In this document: positions 39,724-48,115 of the stretch, one piece after another
Layout of the letters: each line of letters opens with the position of its first letter
Numbering within the stretch: position 1 is the first letter of the stretch
Source: a phage
Length of the DNA stretch: 48,115 bases
Direction: 5' to 3' (one strand)
Sequence record: PX962436.1
Notes under the pieces: generated by a model
The model's input: only the letters and a program-made list of their open reading frames with translations
Databases searched by the model: none
What the model was told of the DNA's origin: nothing
Position numbers and translations under genes: made by a program

Positions 39724-40935
39724 GTGAATATGGCAGTAAAGATTTCAGGAGTCCTGAAAGACGGCACAGGAAAACCGGTACAGAACTGCACCATTCAGCT
39801 GAAAGCCAGACGTAACAGCACCACGGTGGTGGTGAACACGGTGGGCTCAGAGAATCCGGATGAAGCCGGGCGTTACAGCATGGATGTGGAGTACGGTCAG
39901 TACAGTGTCATCCTGCAGGTTGACGGTTTTCCACCATCGCACGCCGGGACCATCACCGTGTATGAAGATTCACAACCGGGGACGCTGAATGATTTTCTCT
40001 GTGCCATGACGGAGGATGATGCCCGGCCGGAGGTGCTGCGTCGTCTTGAACTGATGGTGGAAGAGGTGGCGCGTAACGCGTCCGTGGTGGCACAGAGTAC
40101 GGCAGACGCGAAGAAATCAGCCGGCGATGCCAGTGCATCAGCTGCTCAGGTCGCGGCCCTTGTGACTGATGCAACTGACTCAGCACGCGCCGCCAGCACG
40201 TCCGCCGGACAGGCTGCATCGTCAGCTCAGGAAGCGTCCTCCGGCGCAGAAGCGGCATCAGCAAAGGCCACTGAAGCGGAAAAAAGTGCCGCAGCCGCAG
40301 AGTCCTCAAAAAACGCGGCGGCCACCAGTGCCGGTGCGGCGAAAACGTCAGAAACGAATGCTGCAGCGTCACAACAATCAGCCGCCACGTCTGCCTCCAC
40401 CGCGGCCACGAAAGCGTCAGAGGCCGCCACTTCAGCACGAGATGCGGTGGCCTCAAAAGAGGCAGCAAAATCATCAGAAACGAACGCATCATCAAGTGCC
40501 GGTCGTGCAGCTTCCTCGGCAACGGCGGCAGAAAATTCTGCCAGGGCGGCAAAAACGTCCGAGACGAATGCCAGGTCATCTGAAACAGCAGCGGAACGGA
40601 GCGCCTCTGCCGCGGCAGACGCAAAAACAGCGGCGGCGGGGAGTGCGTCAACGGCATCCACGAAGGCGACAGAGGCTGCGGGAAGTGCGGTATCAGCATC
40701 GCAGAGCAAAAGTGCGGCAGAAGCGGCGGCAATACGTGCAGAAAATTCGGCAAAACGTGCAGAAGATATAGCTTCAGCTGTCGCGCTTGAGGATGCGGAC
40801 ACAACGAGAAAGGGGATAGTGCAGCTCAGCAGTGCAACCAACAGCACGTCTGAAACGCTTGCTGCAACGCCAAAGGCGGTTAAGGTGGTAATGGATGAAA
40901 CGAACAGAAAAGCCCACTGGACAGTCCGGCACTGA
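39724..40935 (+). CDS. stf: side tail fibre protein, N-terminal reading frame (lambda orf-401)
   Basis: 403 aa with Ala/Ser-rich repeats; terminates at TGA 40933-40935 while the tail-fibre sequence continues in another frame. Confidence 0.85.
   Translation: MNMAVKISGVLKDGTGKPVQNCTIQLKARRNSTTVVVNTVGSENPDEAGRYSMDVEYGQYSVILQVDGFPPSHAGTITVYEDSQPGTLNDFLCAMTEDDARPEVLRRLELMVEEVARNASVVAQSTADAKKSAGDASASAAQVAALVTDATDSARAASTSAGQAASSAQEASSGAEAASAKATEAEKSAAAAESSKNAAATSAGAAKTSETNAAASQQSAATSASTAATKASEAATSARDAVASKEAAKSSETNASSSAGRAASSATAAENSARAAKTSETNARSSETAAERSASAAADAKTAAAGSASTASTKATEAAGSAVSASQSKSAAEAAAIRAENSAKRAEDIASAVALEDADTTRKGIVQLSSATNSTSETLAATPKAVKVVMDETNRKAHWTVRH
40230..40640 (+). repeat. imperfect tandem coding repeats within stf (AAKTSETNA-type units)
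   Basis: Recurrent AAKTSETNA / AAKSSETNA / AAKTSETNA peptide units; this also generates long spurious ORFs in other frames. Confidence 0.6.
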
Positions 40936-41311
40936 CCGGAACGCCAACAGCACCAACCGCGCTCAGGGGAACAAACAATACCCAGATTGCGAACACCGCT
41001 TTTGTACTGGCCGCGATTGCAGATGTTATCGACGCGTCACCTGACGCACTGAATACGCTGAATGAACTGGCCGCAGCGCTCGGGAATGATCCAGATTTTG
41101 CTACCACCATGACTAACGCGCTTGCGGGTAAACAACCGAAGAATGCGACACTGACGGCGCTGGCAGGGCTTTCCACGGCGAAAAATAAATTACCGTATTT
41201 TGCGGAAAATGATGCCGCCAGCCTGACTGAACTGACTCAGGTTGGCAGGGATATTCTGGCAAAAAATTCCGTTGCAGATGTTCTTGAATACCTTGGGGCC
41301 GGTGAGAATTC
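40847..41311 (+). pseudogene. stf: side tail fibre second frame (lambda orf-314), 3'-truncated at the EcoRI deletion junction; start approximate
   Basis: Frame continuing TGTPTAPTALRGTNNTQIANTAFVLAAIAD...EYLGAGENS, then unrelated sequence after GAATTC. Confidence 0.75.
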
Positions 41312-42175
41312 TAAGCGGAGATCGCCTAGTGATTTTAAACTATTGCTGGCAGCATTCTTGAGTCCAATATAAAAGTATTGTGTACCTTTTGCTGGGTCAG
41401 GTTGTTCTTTAGGAGGAGTAAAAGGATCAAATGCACTAAACGAAACTGAAACAAGCGATCGAAAATATCCCTTTGGGATTCTTGACTCGATAAGTCTATT
41501 ATTTTCAGAGAAAAAATATTCATTGTTTTCTGGGTTGGTGATTGCACCAATCATTCCATTCAAAATTGTTGTTTTACCACACCCATTCCGCCCGATAAAA
41601 GCATGAATGTTCGTGCTGGGCATAGAATTAACCGTCACCTCAAAAGGTATAGTTAAATCACTGAATCCGGGAGCACTTTTTCTATTAAATGAAAAGTGGA
41701 AATCTGACAATTCTGGCAAACCATTTAACACACGTGCGAACTGTCCATGAATTTCTGAAAGAGTTACCCCTCTAAGTAATGAGGTGTTAAGGACGCTTTC
41801 ATTTTCAATGTCGGCTAATCGATTTGGCCATACTACTAAATCCTGAATAGCTTTAAGAAGGTTATGTTTAAAACCATCGCTTAATTTGCTGAGATTAACA
41901 TAGTAGTCAATGCTTTCACCTAAGGAAAAAAACATTTCAGGGAGTTGACTGAATTTTTTATCTATTAATGAATAAGTGCTTACTTCTTCTTTTTGACCTA
42001 CAAAACCAATTTTAACATTTCCGATATCGCATTTTTCACCATGCTCATCAAAGACAGTAAGATAAAACATTGTAACAAAGGAATAGTCATTCCAACCATC
42101 TGCTCGTAGGAATGCCTTATTTTTTTCTACTGCAGGAATATACCCGCCTCTTTCAATAACACTAAACTCCAACAT
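41237..42175 (-). pseudogene. ea59: ea59 N-terminal fragment (about 290 codons, P-loop ATPase with Walker A GRNGCGKTT) fused to a 22-codon out-of-context tail
   Basis: Minus-strand ORF starting MLEFSVIERGGYIP; lambda-derived part ends at the EcoRI site (…GDLRLEF), after which the ORF reads antisense stf to a stop. Confidence 0.75.
41306..41311. other. deletion junction at a single EcoRI site (lambda EcoRI-B fragment, 21226..26104, absent)
   Basis: GAATTC sits at the lambda 21226 position by map offset; sequence to its right is antisense ea59, which begins at lambda 26104. Confidence 0.8.
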
Positions 42176-42679
42176 ATAGTAACCCTTAATTTTATTAAAA
42201 TAACCGCAATTTATTTGGCGGCAACACAGGATCTCTCTTTTAAGTTACTCTCTATTACATACGTTTTCCATCTAAAAATTAGTAGTATTGAACTTAACGG
42301 GGCATCGTATTGTAGTTTTCCATATTTAGCTTTCTGCTTCCTTTTGGATAACCCACTGTTATTCATGTTGCATGGTGCACTGTTTATACCAACGATATAG
42401 TCTATTAATGCATATATAGTATCGCCGAACGATTAGCTCTTCAGGCTTCTGAAGAAGCGTTTCAAGTACTAATAAGCCGATAGATAGCCACGGACTTCGT
42501 AGCCATTTTTCATAAGTGTTAACTTCCGCTCCTCGCTCATAACAGACATTCACTACAGTTATGGCGGAAAGGTATGCATGCTGGGTGTGGGGAAGTCGTG
42601 AAAGAAAAGAAGTCAGCTGCGTCGTTTGACATCACTGCTATCTTCTTACTGGTTATGCAGGTCGTAGTGGGTGGCACAC

Positions 42680-42775
42680 AAAGCTTTGCACTGGATTGCG
42701 AGGCTTTGTGCTTCTCTGGAGTGCGACAGGTTTGATGACAAAAAATTAGCGCAAGAAGACAAAAATCACCTTGCG
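42680..42775 (-). terminator. lambda sib/tI retroregulator region with an intrinsic terminator hairpin (leftward transcripts)
   Basis: On the minus strand, stem AGCGCAAGGTGATTTTTGTCTTCTTGCGCT followed by AATTTTTTG; located at the lambda b-side of att. Confidence 0.5.
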
Positions 42776-42779
42776 CTAA

Positions 42780-42925
42780 TGCTCTGTTACAGGTCACTAA
42801 TACCATCTAAGTAGTTGATTCATAGTGACTGCATATGTTGTGTTTTACAGTATTATGTAGTCTGTTTTTTATGCAAAATCTAATTTAATATATTGATATT
42901 TATATCATTTTACGTTTCTCGTTCA
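42780..42925. promoter_or_regulatory. attP P-arm (Int arm-type P1/P2, IHF, Xis and Fis binding region)
   Basis: CTCTGTTACAGGTCACTAATACCATCTAAGTAGTTGATTCATAGTGACTGCATATG...TTTACGTTTCTCGTTCA matches the lambda P-arm. Confidence 0.85.
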
Positions 42926-42940
42926 GCTTTTTTATACTAA
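42926..42940. other. attR core (phage P-arm / bacterial B'-arm junction), common core GCTTTTTTATACTAA
   Basis: 15-bp att core flanked on the left by lambda P-arm and on the right by chromosomal TTGAGCGAAACG leading to ybhB. Confidence 0.85.
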
Positions 42941-43030
42941 TTTGAGCGAAACGGGAAGGTAAAAAGACAAAAAGTTGTTTTTAATACCTTTAAGTGATAC
43001 CAGATGGCATTGCGCCATCTGGCAGAGTGA

Positions 43031-43507
43031 TTAACTAAACATCGCAGTAATCGAGGCGCTTGCCAGAGAGTGGAAATGAACGTTAAACCCGACCATCGCG
43101 CCGCTGGCACCTTCATCGACATCAATACGTTCTATATCCAGCGCGTGAACGGTAAAAATGTAGCGATGAGTTTCGCCTTTCGGCGGTGCTGCGCCATCGT
43201 ACCCGGTTTTACCAAAGTCGGTACGCGTCTGCAAAACGCCGTCTGGCATTGCTACCAGACCAGAGCCAAACCCTTGCGGTAATACGCGGGTATCAGCGGG
43301 TAAGTTAACAACTACCCAGTGCCACCAGCCGGAGCCGGTTGGCGCATCCGGGTCGTAGCAGGTGACAACAAAACTTTTCGTTCCCGCAGGAACATCATCC
43401 CACGCCAGATGCGGTGAAATATTATCGCCATCGTAACCCATGCCGTTAAAGACATGACGATGCGGCAATTTATCGCCATCGCGCAGATCGTTACTGATGA
43501 GTTTCAT
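43031..43507 (-). CDS. ybhB: PEBP/YbhB family protein
   Basis: 158 aa ORF at the K-12 position between attB and bioA. Confidence 0.9.
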   Translation of the reverse strand: MKLISNDLRDGDKLPHRHVFNGMGYDGDNISPHLAWDDVPAGTKSFVVTCYDPDAPTGSGWWHWVVVNLPADTRVLPQGFGSGLVAMPDGVLQTRTDFGKTGYDGAAPPKGETHRYIFTVHALDIERIDVDEGASGAMVGFNVHFHSLASASITAMFS

Positions 43508-43565
43508 GAACCCTCCTTTCTTGTTTGCAGAAAGTGTAGCCAGAAACCCTCACGCGGACTTCTCG

Positions 43566-44855
43566 TTATTGGCAAAAAAATGTTTCATCCTGTACCGCGC
43601 GGTTAACCGCTGCGGTCAGACGCTGCAACTGTTGCGGGAGAATAATATAGGGCGGCATCAGGTAAATCAGTTTGCCAAAAGGCCGGATCCAGACACCCTG
43701 TTCGACAAAGAATTTTTGCAGCGCCGCCATATTCACCGGACGAGTGGTTTCGACTACGCCGATTGCCCCCAGCACGCGCACATCGGCAACCATTTCGGCA
43801 TCACGGGCGGGGGCAAGTTGCTCGCGCAGCTGTACTTCAATAGCCGCCACCTGTTGCTGCCAGTCGCCAGATTCGAGAATCGCCAGGCTGGCGTTTGCTG
43901 CCGCGCAGGCCAGCGGATTGCCCATAAAAGTTGGCCCATGCATAAAGCAGCCGGCTTCGCCGTTACTGATGGTTTCTGCAACCTCGCGCGTGGTAAGTGT
44001 GGCGGAAAGGGTCATTGTGCCGCCGGTTAAGGCTTTACCGAGGCACAAAATGTCCGGCGCGATTTCTGCATATTCACAGGCAAACAGTTTGCCGGTACGA
44101 CCAAATCCGGTGGCGATCTCGTCGGCAATCAGCAAGATACCTTCGCGATCGCACATTTTGCGGATTCGTTTTAACCATTCCGGATGGTACATGCGCATCC
44201 CGCCTGCGCCCTGGACAATCGGCTCAATGATCACCGCCGCGATTTCATGACGATGCGCCGCCATCAGGCGGGCAAAGCCCACCATATCGCGCTCATCCCA
44301 TTCGCCATCCATGCGGCTTTGCGGGGCGGGAGCAAACAGGTTTTCTGGCAGGTAGCCTTTCCACAGACTGTGCATTGAGTTATCCGGATCGCACACCGAC
44401 ATCGCGCCAAAGGTATCGCCATGATAACCATTGCGGAAGGTCAGAAAACGCTGGCGCGCTTCGCCTTTGGCTTGCCAGTACTGCAACGCCATTTTCATCG
44501 CCACTTCCACCGCTACGGAACCGGAGTCCGCGAGAAAAACGCACTCCAGCGGTTGCGGCGTCATCGCCACCAGTTTGCGGCACAGCTCAATGGCTGGCGC
44601 ATGGGTGATACCGCCAAACATCACATGCGACATGGCATCAATTTGCGACTTCATCGCCGCATTAAGCTGCGGGTGATTGTAGCCGTGGATCGCCGCCCAC
44701 CAGGACGACATACCGTCAACCAGGCGTCTGCCGTCAGACAAAATCAGCTCGCAACCTTCGGCGCTCACCACCGGATAAACCGGCAGAGGGGAGGTCATGG
44801 ATGTGTATGGGTGCCAGATATGGCGTTGGTCAAAGGCAAGATCGTCCGTTGTCAT
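43566..44855 (-). CDS. bioA: adenosylmethionine-8-amino-7-oxononanoate aminotransferase (429 aa)
   Basis: Start at [20 protein letters not shown]; the ORF-track start at 44966 is an upstream extension running through the bio operator. Confidence 0.9.
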   Translation of the reverse strand: MTTDDLAFDQRHIWHPYTSMTSPLPVYPVVSAEGCELILSDGRRLVDGMSSWWAAIHGYNHPQLNAAMKSQIDAMSHVMFGGITHAPAIELCRKLVAMTPQPLECVFLADSGSVAVEVAMKMALQYWQAKGEARQRFLTFRNGYHGDTFGAMSVCDPDNSMHSLWKGYLPENLFAPAPQSRMDGEWDERDMVGFARLMAAHRHEIAAVIIEPIVQGAGGMRMYHPEWLKRIRKMCDREGILLIADEIATGFGRTGKLFACEYAEIAPDILCLGKALTGGTMTLSATLTTREVAETISNGEAGCFMHGPTFMGNPLACAAANASLAILESGDWQQQVAAIEVQLREQLAPARDAEMVADVRVLGAIGVVETTRPVNMAALQKFFVEQGVWIRPFGKLIYLMPPYIILPQQLQRLTAAVNRAVQDETFFCQ

Positions 44856-44862
44856 AATCGAC

Positions 44863-44896
44863 TTGTAAACCAAATTGAAAAGATTTAGGTTTACAA
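44863..44896. promoter_or_regulatory. bio operator (BirA binding palindrome) between divergent bioA and bioBFCD promoters
   Basis: TTGTAAACCAAATTGAAAAGATTTAGGTTTACAA imperfect palindrome. Confidence 0.8.
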
Positions 44897-44941
44897 GTCT
44901 ACACCGAATTAACAACAAAAAACACGTTTTGGAGAAGCCCC

Positions 44942-45982
44942 ATGGCTCACCGCCCACGCTGGACATTGTCGCAAGTCACAGAATTATTTGAAAAACCGTT
45001 GCTGGATCTGCTGTTTGAAGCGCAGCAGGTGCATCGCCAGCATTTCGATCCTCGTCAGGTGCAGGTCAGCACGTTGCTGTCGATTAAGACCGGAGCTTGT
45101 CCGGAAGATTGCAAATACTGCCCGCAAAGCTCGCGCTACAAAACCGGGCTGGAAGCCGAGCGGTTGATGGAAGTTGAACAGGTGCTGGAGTCGGCGCGCA
45201 AAGCGAAAGCGGCAGGATCGACGCGCTTCTGTATGGGCGCGGCGTGGAAGAATCCCCACGAACGCGATATGCCGTACCTGGAACAAATGGTGCAGGGGGT
45301 AAAAGCGATGGGGCTGGAGGCGTGTATGACGCTGGGCACGTTGAGTGAATCTCAGGCGCAGCGCCTCGCGAACGCCGGGCTGGATTACTACAACCACAAC
45401 CTGGACACCTCGCCGGAGTTTTACGGCAATATCATCACCACACGCACTTATCAGGAACGCCTCGATACGCTGGAAAAAGTGCGCGATGCCGGGATCAAAG
45501 TCTGTTCTGGCGGCATTGTGGGCTTAGGCGAAACGGTAAAAGATCGCGCCGGATTATTGCTGCAACTGGCAAACCTGCCGACGCCGCCGGAAAGCGTGCC
45601 AATCAACATGCTGGTGAAGGTGAAAGGCACGCCGCTTGCCGATAACGATGATGTCGATGCCTTTGATTTTATTCGCACCATTGCGGTCGCGCGGATCATG
45701 ATGCCAACCTCTTACGTGCGCCTTTCTGCCGGACGCGAGCAGATGAACGAACAGACTCAGGCGATGTGCTTTATGGCAGGCGCAAACTCGATTTTCTACG
45801 GTTGCAAACTGCTGACCACGCCGAATCCGGAAGAAGATAAAGACCTGCAACTGTTCCGCAAACTGGGGCTAAATCCGCAGCAAACTGCCGTGCTGGCGGG
45901 CGATAACGAACAACAGCAGCGTCTGGAACAGGCACTGATGACCCCGGACACTGACGAATATTACAACGCGGCAGCACTATGA
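44942..45982 (+). CDS. bioB: biotin synthase (radical SAM)
   Basis: 346 aa, CPEDCKYC motif. Confidence 0.95.
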   Translation: MAHRPRWTLSQVTELFEKPLLDLLFEAQQVHRQHFDPRQVQVSTLLSIKTGACPEDCKYCPQSSRYKTGLEAERLMEVEQVLESARKAKAAGSTRFCMGAAWKNPHERDMPYLEQMVQGVKAMGLEACMTLGTLSESQAQRLANAGLDYYNHNLDTSPEFYGNIITTRTYQERLDTLEKVRDAGIKVCSGGIVGLGETVKDRAGLLLQLANLPTPPESVPINMLVKVKGTPLADNDDVDAFDFIRTIAVARIMMPTSYVRLSAGREQMNEQTQAMCFMAGANSIFYGCKLLTTPNPEEDKDLQLFRKLGLNPQQTAVLAGDNEQQQRLEQALMTPDTDEYYNAAAL

Positions 45983-47133
45983 GCTGGCAGGATAAAATCA
46001 ACGCGGCCCTCGATGCGCGGCGTGCTGCCGATGCCCTGCGTCGCCGTTATCCAGTGGCGCAAGGAGCAGGACGCTGGCTGGTGGCGGACGATCGCCAGTA
46101 TCTGAACTTTTCCAGTAACGATTATTTAGGTTTAAGCCATCATCCGCAAATTATCCGTGCCTGGAAGCAGAGTGCGGAGCAATTTGGCGTCGGTAGCGGC
46201 GGCTCCGGTCACGTCAGCGGTTATAGCGTGGCACATCAGGCGCTGGAAGAAGAACTGGCCGAGTGGCTGGGCTATTCGCGGGCACTGCTGTTTATCTCTG
46301 GTTTTGCCGCTAATCAGGCGGTCATTGCCGCGATGATGGCGAAAGAGGACCGTATTGTTGCCGACCGGCTTAGCCATGCCTCATTGCTGGAGGCTGCCAG
46401 TTTAAGCCCGTCGCAGCTTCGCCGTTTTGTTCATAACGATGTCACTCATCTGGCGCGACTGCTTGCTTCCCCCTGTCCGGGGCAGCAAATGGTGGTGACA
46501 GAAGGCGTGTTCAGCATGGACGGCGATAGTGCGCCACTGGCGGAAATCCAGCAGGTAACGCAACAGCACAATGGCTGGTTGATGGTCGATGATGCCCACG
46601 GCACGGGCGTTATCGGGGAGCAGGGGCGCGGCAGCTGCTGGCTGCAAAAGGTAAAACCAGAATTGCTGGTAGTGACTTTTGGCAAAGGATTTGGCGTCAG
46701 CGGGGCAGCGGTGCTTTGCTCCAGTACGGTGGCGGATTATCTGCTGCAATTCGCCCGCCACCTTATCTACAGCACCAGTATGCCGCCCGCTCAGGCGCAG
46801 GCATTACGTGCGTCGCTGGCGGTCATTCGCAGTGATGAGGGTGATGCACGGCGCGAAAAACTGGCGGCACTCATTACGCGTTTTCGTGCCGGAGTACAGG
46901 ATTTGCCGTTTACGCTTGCTGATTCATGCAGCGCCATCCAGCCATTGATTGTCGGTGATAACAGCCGTGCGTTACAACTGGCAGAAAAACTGCGCCAGCA
47001 AGGCTGCTGGGTCACGGCGATTCGCCCGCCAACCGTACCCGCTGGTACTGCGCGACTGCGCTTAACGCTAACCGCTGCGCATGAAATGCAGGATATCGAC
47101 CGTCTGCTGGAGGTGCTGCATGGCAACGGTTAA
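45979..47133 (+). CDS. bioF: 8-amino-7-oxononanoate synthase
   Basis: 384 aa PLP-dependent enzyme. Confidence 0.95.
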
Positions 47134-47875
47134 TAAACAAGCCATTGCAGCGGCATTTGGTCGGGCAGCCGCACACTATGAGCAACATGCAGATCTACAG
47201 CGCCAGAGTGCTGACGCCTTACTGGCAATGCTTCCACAGCGTAAATACACCCACGTACTGGACGCGGGTTGTGGACCTGGCTGGATGAGCCGCCACTGGC
47301 GGGAACGTCACGCGCAGGTGACGGCCTTAGATCTCTCGCCGCCAATGCTTGTTCAGGCACGCCAGAAGGATGCCGCAGACCATTATCTGGCGGGAGATAT
47401 CGAATCCCTGCCGTTAGCGACTGCGACGTTCGATCTTGCATGGAGCAATCTCGCAGTGCAGTGGTGCGGTAATTTATCCACGGCACTCCGCGAGCTGTAT
47501 CGGGTGGTGCGCCCCAAAGGCGTGGTCGCGTTTACCACGCTGGTGCAGGGATCGTTACCCGAACTGCATCAGGCGTGGCAGGCGGTGGACGAGCGTCCGC
47601 ATGCTAATCGCTTTTTACCGCCAGATGAAATCGAACAGTCGCTGAACGGCGTGCATTATCAACATCATATTCAGCCCATCACGCTGTGGTTTGATGATGC
47701 GCTCAGTGCCATGCGTTCGCTGAAAGGCATCGGTGCCACGCATCTTCATGAAGGGCGCGACCCGCGAATATTAACGCGTTCGCAGTTGCAGCGATTGCAA
47801 CTGGCCTGGCCGCAACAGCAGGGGCGATATCCTCTGACGTATCATCTTTTTTTGGGAGTGATTGCTCGTGAGTAA
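47120..47875 (+). CDS. bioC: malonyl-ACP O-methyltransferase (251 aa)
   Basis: Start at [17 protein letters not shown]; SAM-MTase motif LDAGCGPG. Confidence 0.9.
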
Positions 47876-48115
47876 ACGTTATTTTGTCACCGGAACGGAT
47901 ACCGAAGTGGGGAAAACTGTCGCCAGTTGTGCACTTTTACAAGCCGCAAAGGCAGCAGGCTACCGGACGGCAGGTTATAAACCGGTCGCCTCTGGCAGCG
48001 AAAAGACCCCGGAAGGTTTACGCAATAGCGACGCGCTGGCGTTACAGCGCAACAGCAGCCTGCAGCTGGATTACGCAACAGTAAATCCTTACACCTTCGC
48101 AGAACCCACTTCGCC
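47868..48115 (+). CDS. bioD: dethiobiotin synthetase, 5' portion (GTG start, 82 codons); continues at window position 1
   Basis: [17 protein letters not shown]... through YTFAEPTSP at the window end. Confidence 0.9.

Noticed and set aside
39953-40847. Long proline/arginine-rich ORFs on both strands (283 aa, 200 aa, 206 aa) overlapping stf
   Set aside because: Alternative-frame products of the Ala/Ser-rich repetitive stf coding sequence; low-complexity artefacts.
42180-42680. Small ORFs (61-89 aa) in the AT-rich region between ea59 and the att P-arm
   Set aside because: Short, overlapping, AT-rich and without ribosome-binding context; this is lambda b-region non-coding sequence.
43000-43022. 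Inverted repeat CCAGATGGC-ATTGC-GCCATCTGG downstream of ybhB as a terminator
   Set aside because: Hairpin is present but no adjacent U-tract on the ybhB strand; too weak to call.
44856-44966. Upstream extension of bioA
   Set aside because: Runs through the bio operator and divergent promoter; recognised BioA starts at MTTDD.

Overview
The window is a mosaic of Escherichia coli chromosomal DNA and a defective lambda-derived prophage. (1) About 20.7 kb is the E. coli K-12-type bio-uvrB-moa-ybh region (ybhB, bioA, bioBFCD, uvrB, ybhK, moaABCDE, ybhL, ybhM, ybhN, clsB, ybhP, ybhQ, ybhR, ybhS and a 5'-truncated ybhF). (2) About 27 kb is a phage late region: a non-lambda lysis front end (methyltransferase fragment, holin, 5' end of R) fused to lambda R, Rz/Rz1, bor, cos, Nu1 through J, lom, a frameshifted and truncated stf, a truncated ea59, sib/tI and the attP P-arm ending at an attR core. 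The two window ends are adjacent halves of one bioD gene, so the 48,115 bp unit is circular or tandemly repeated. The phage part carries two laboratory-vector hallmarks: a precise deletion of the lambda EcoRI-B fragment and a synonymous change that destroys the lambda BamHI site in gene C. It lacks int, xis, immunity, N, O, P, Q and the late promoter. My reading is a lambda-sized, cos-containing, non-autonomous specialised-transducing (lambda dbio-uvrB-moa-like) circle or amplification unit, probably formed by recombination between a lab lambda prophage at attB and a second lambdoid lysis module next to ybhF. I did not find a clearly new biological system; the most notable features are the junctions and the truncated ea59 ATPase. 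All identifications rest on recalled protein and lambda sequences and on arithmetic from lambda map coordinates; no database search was run.
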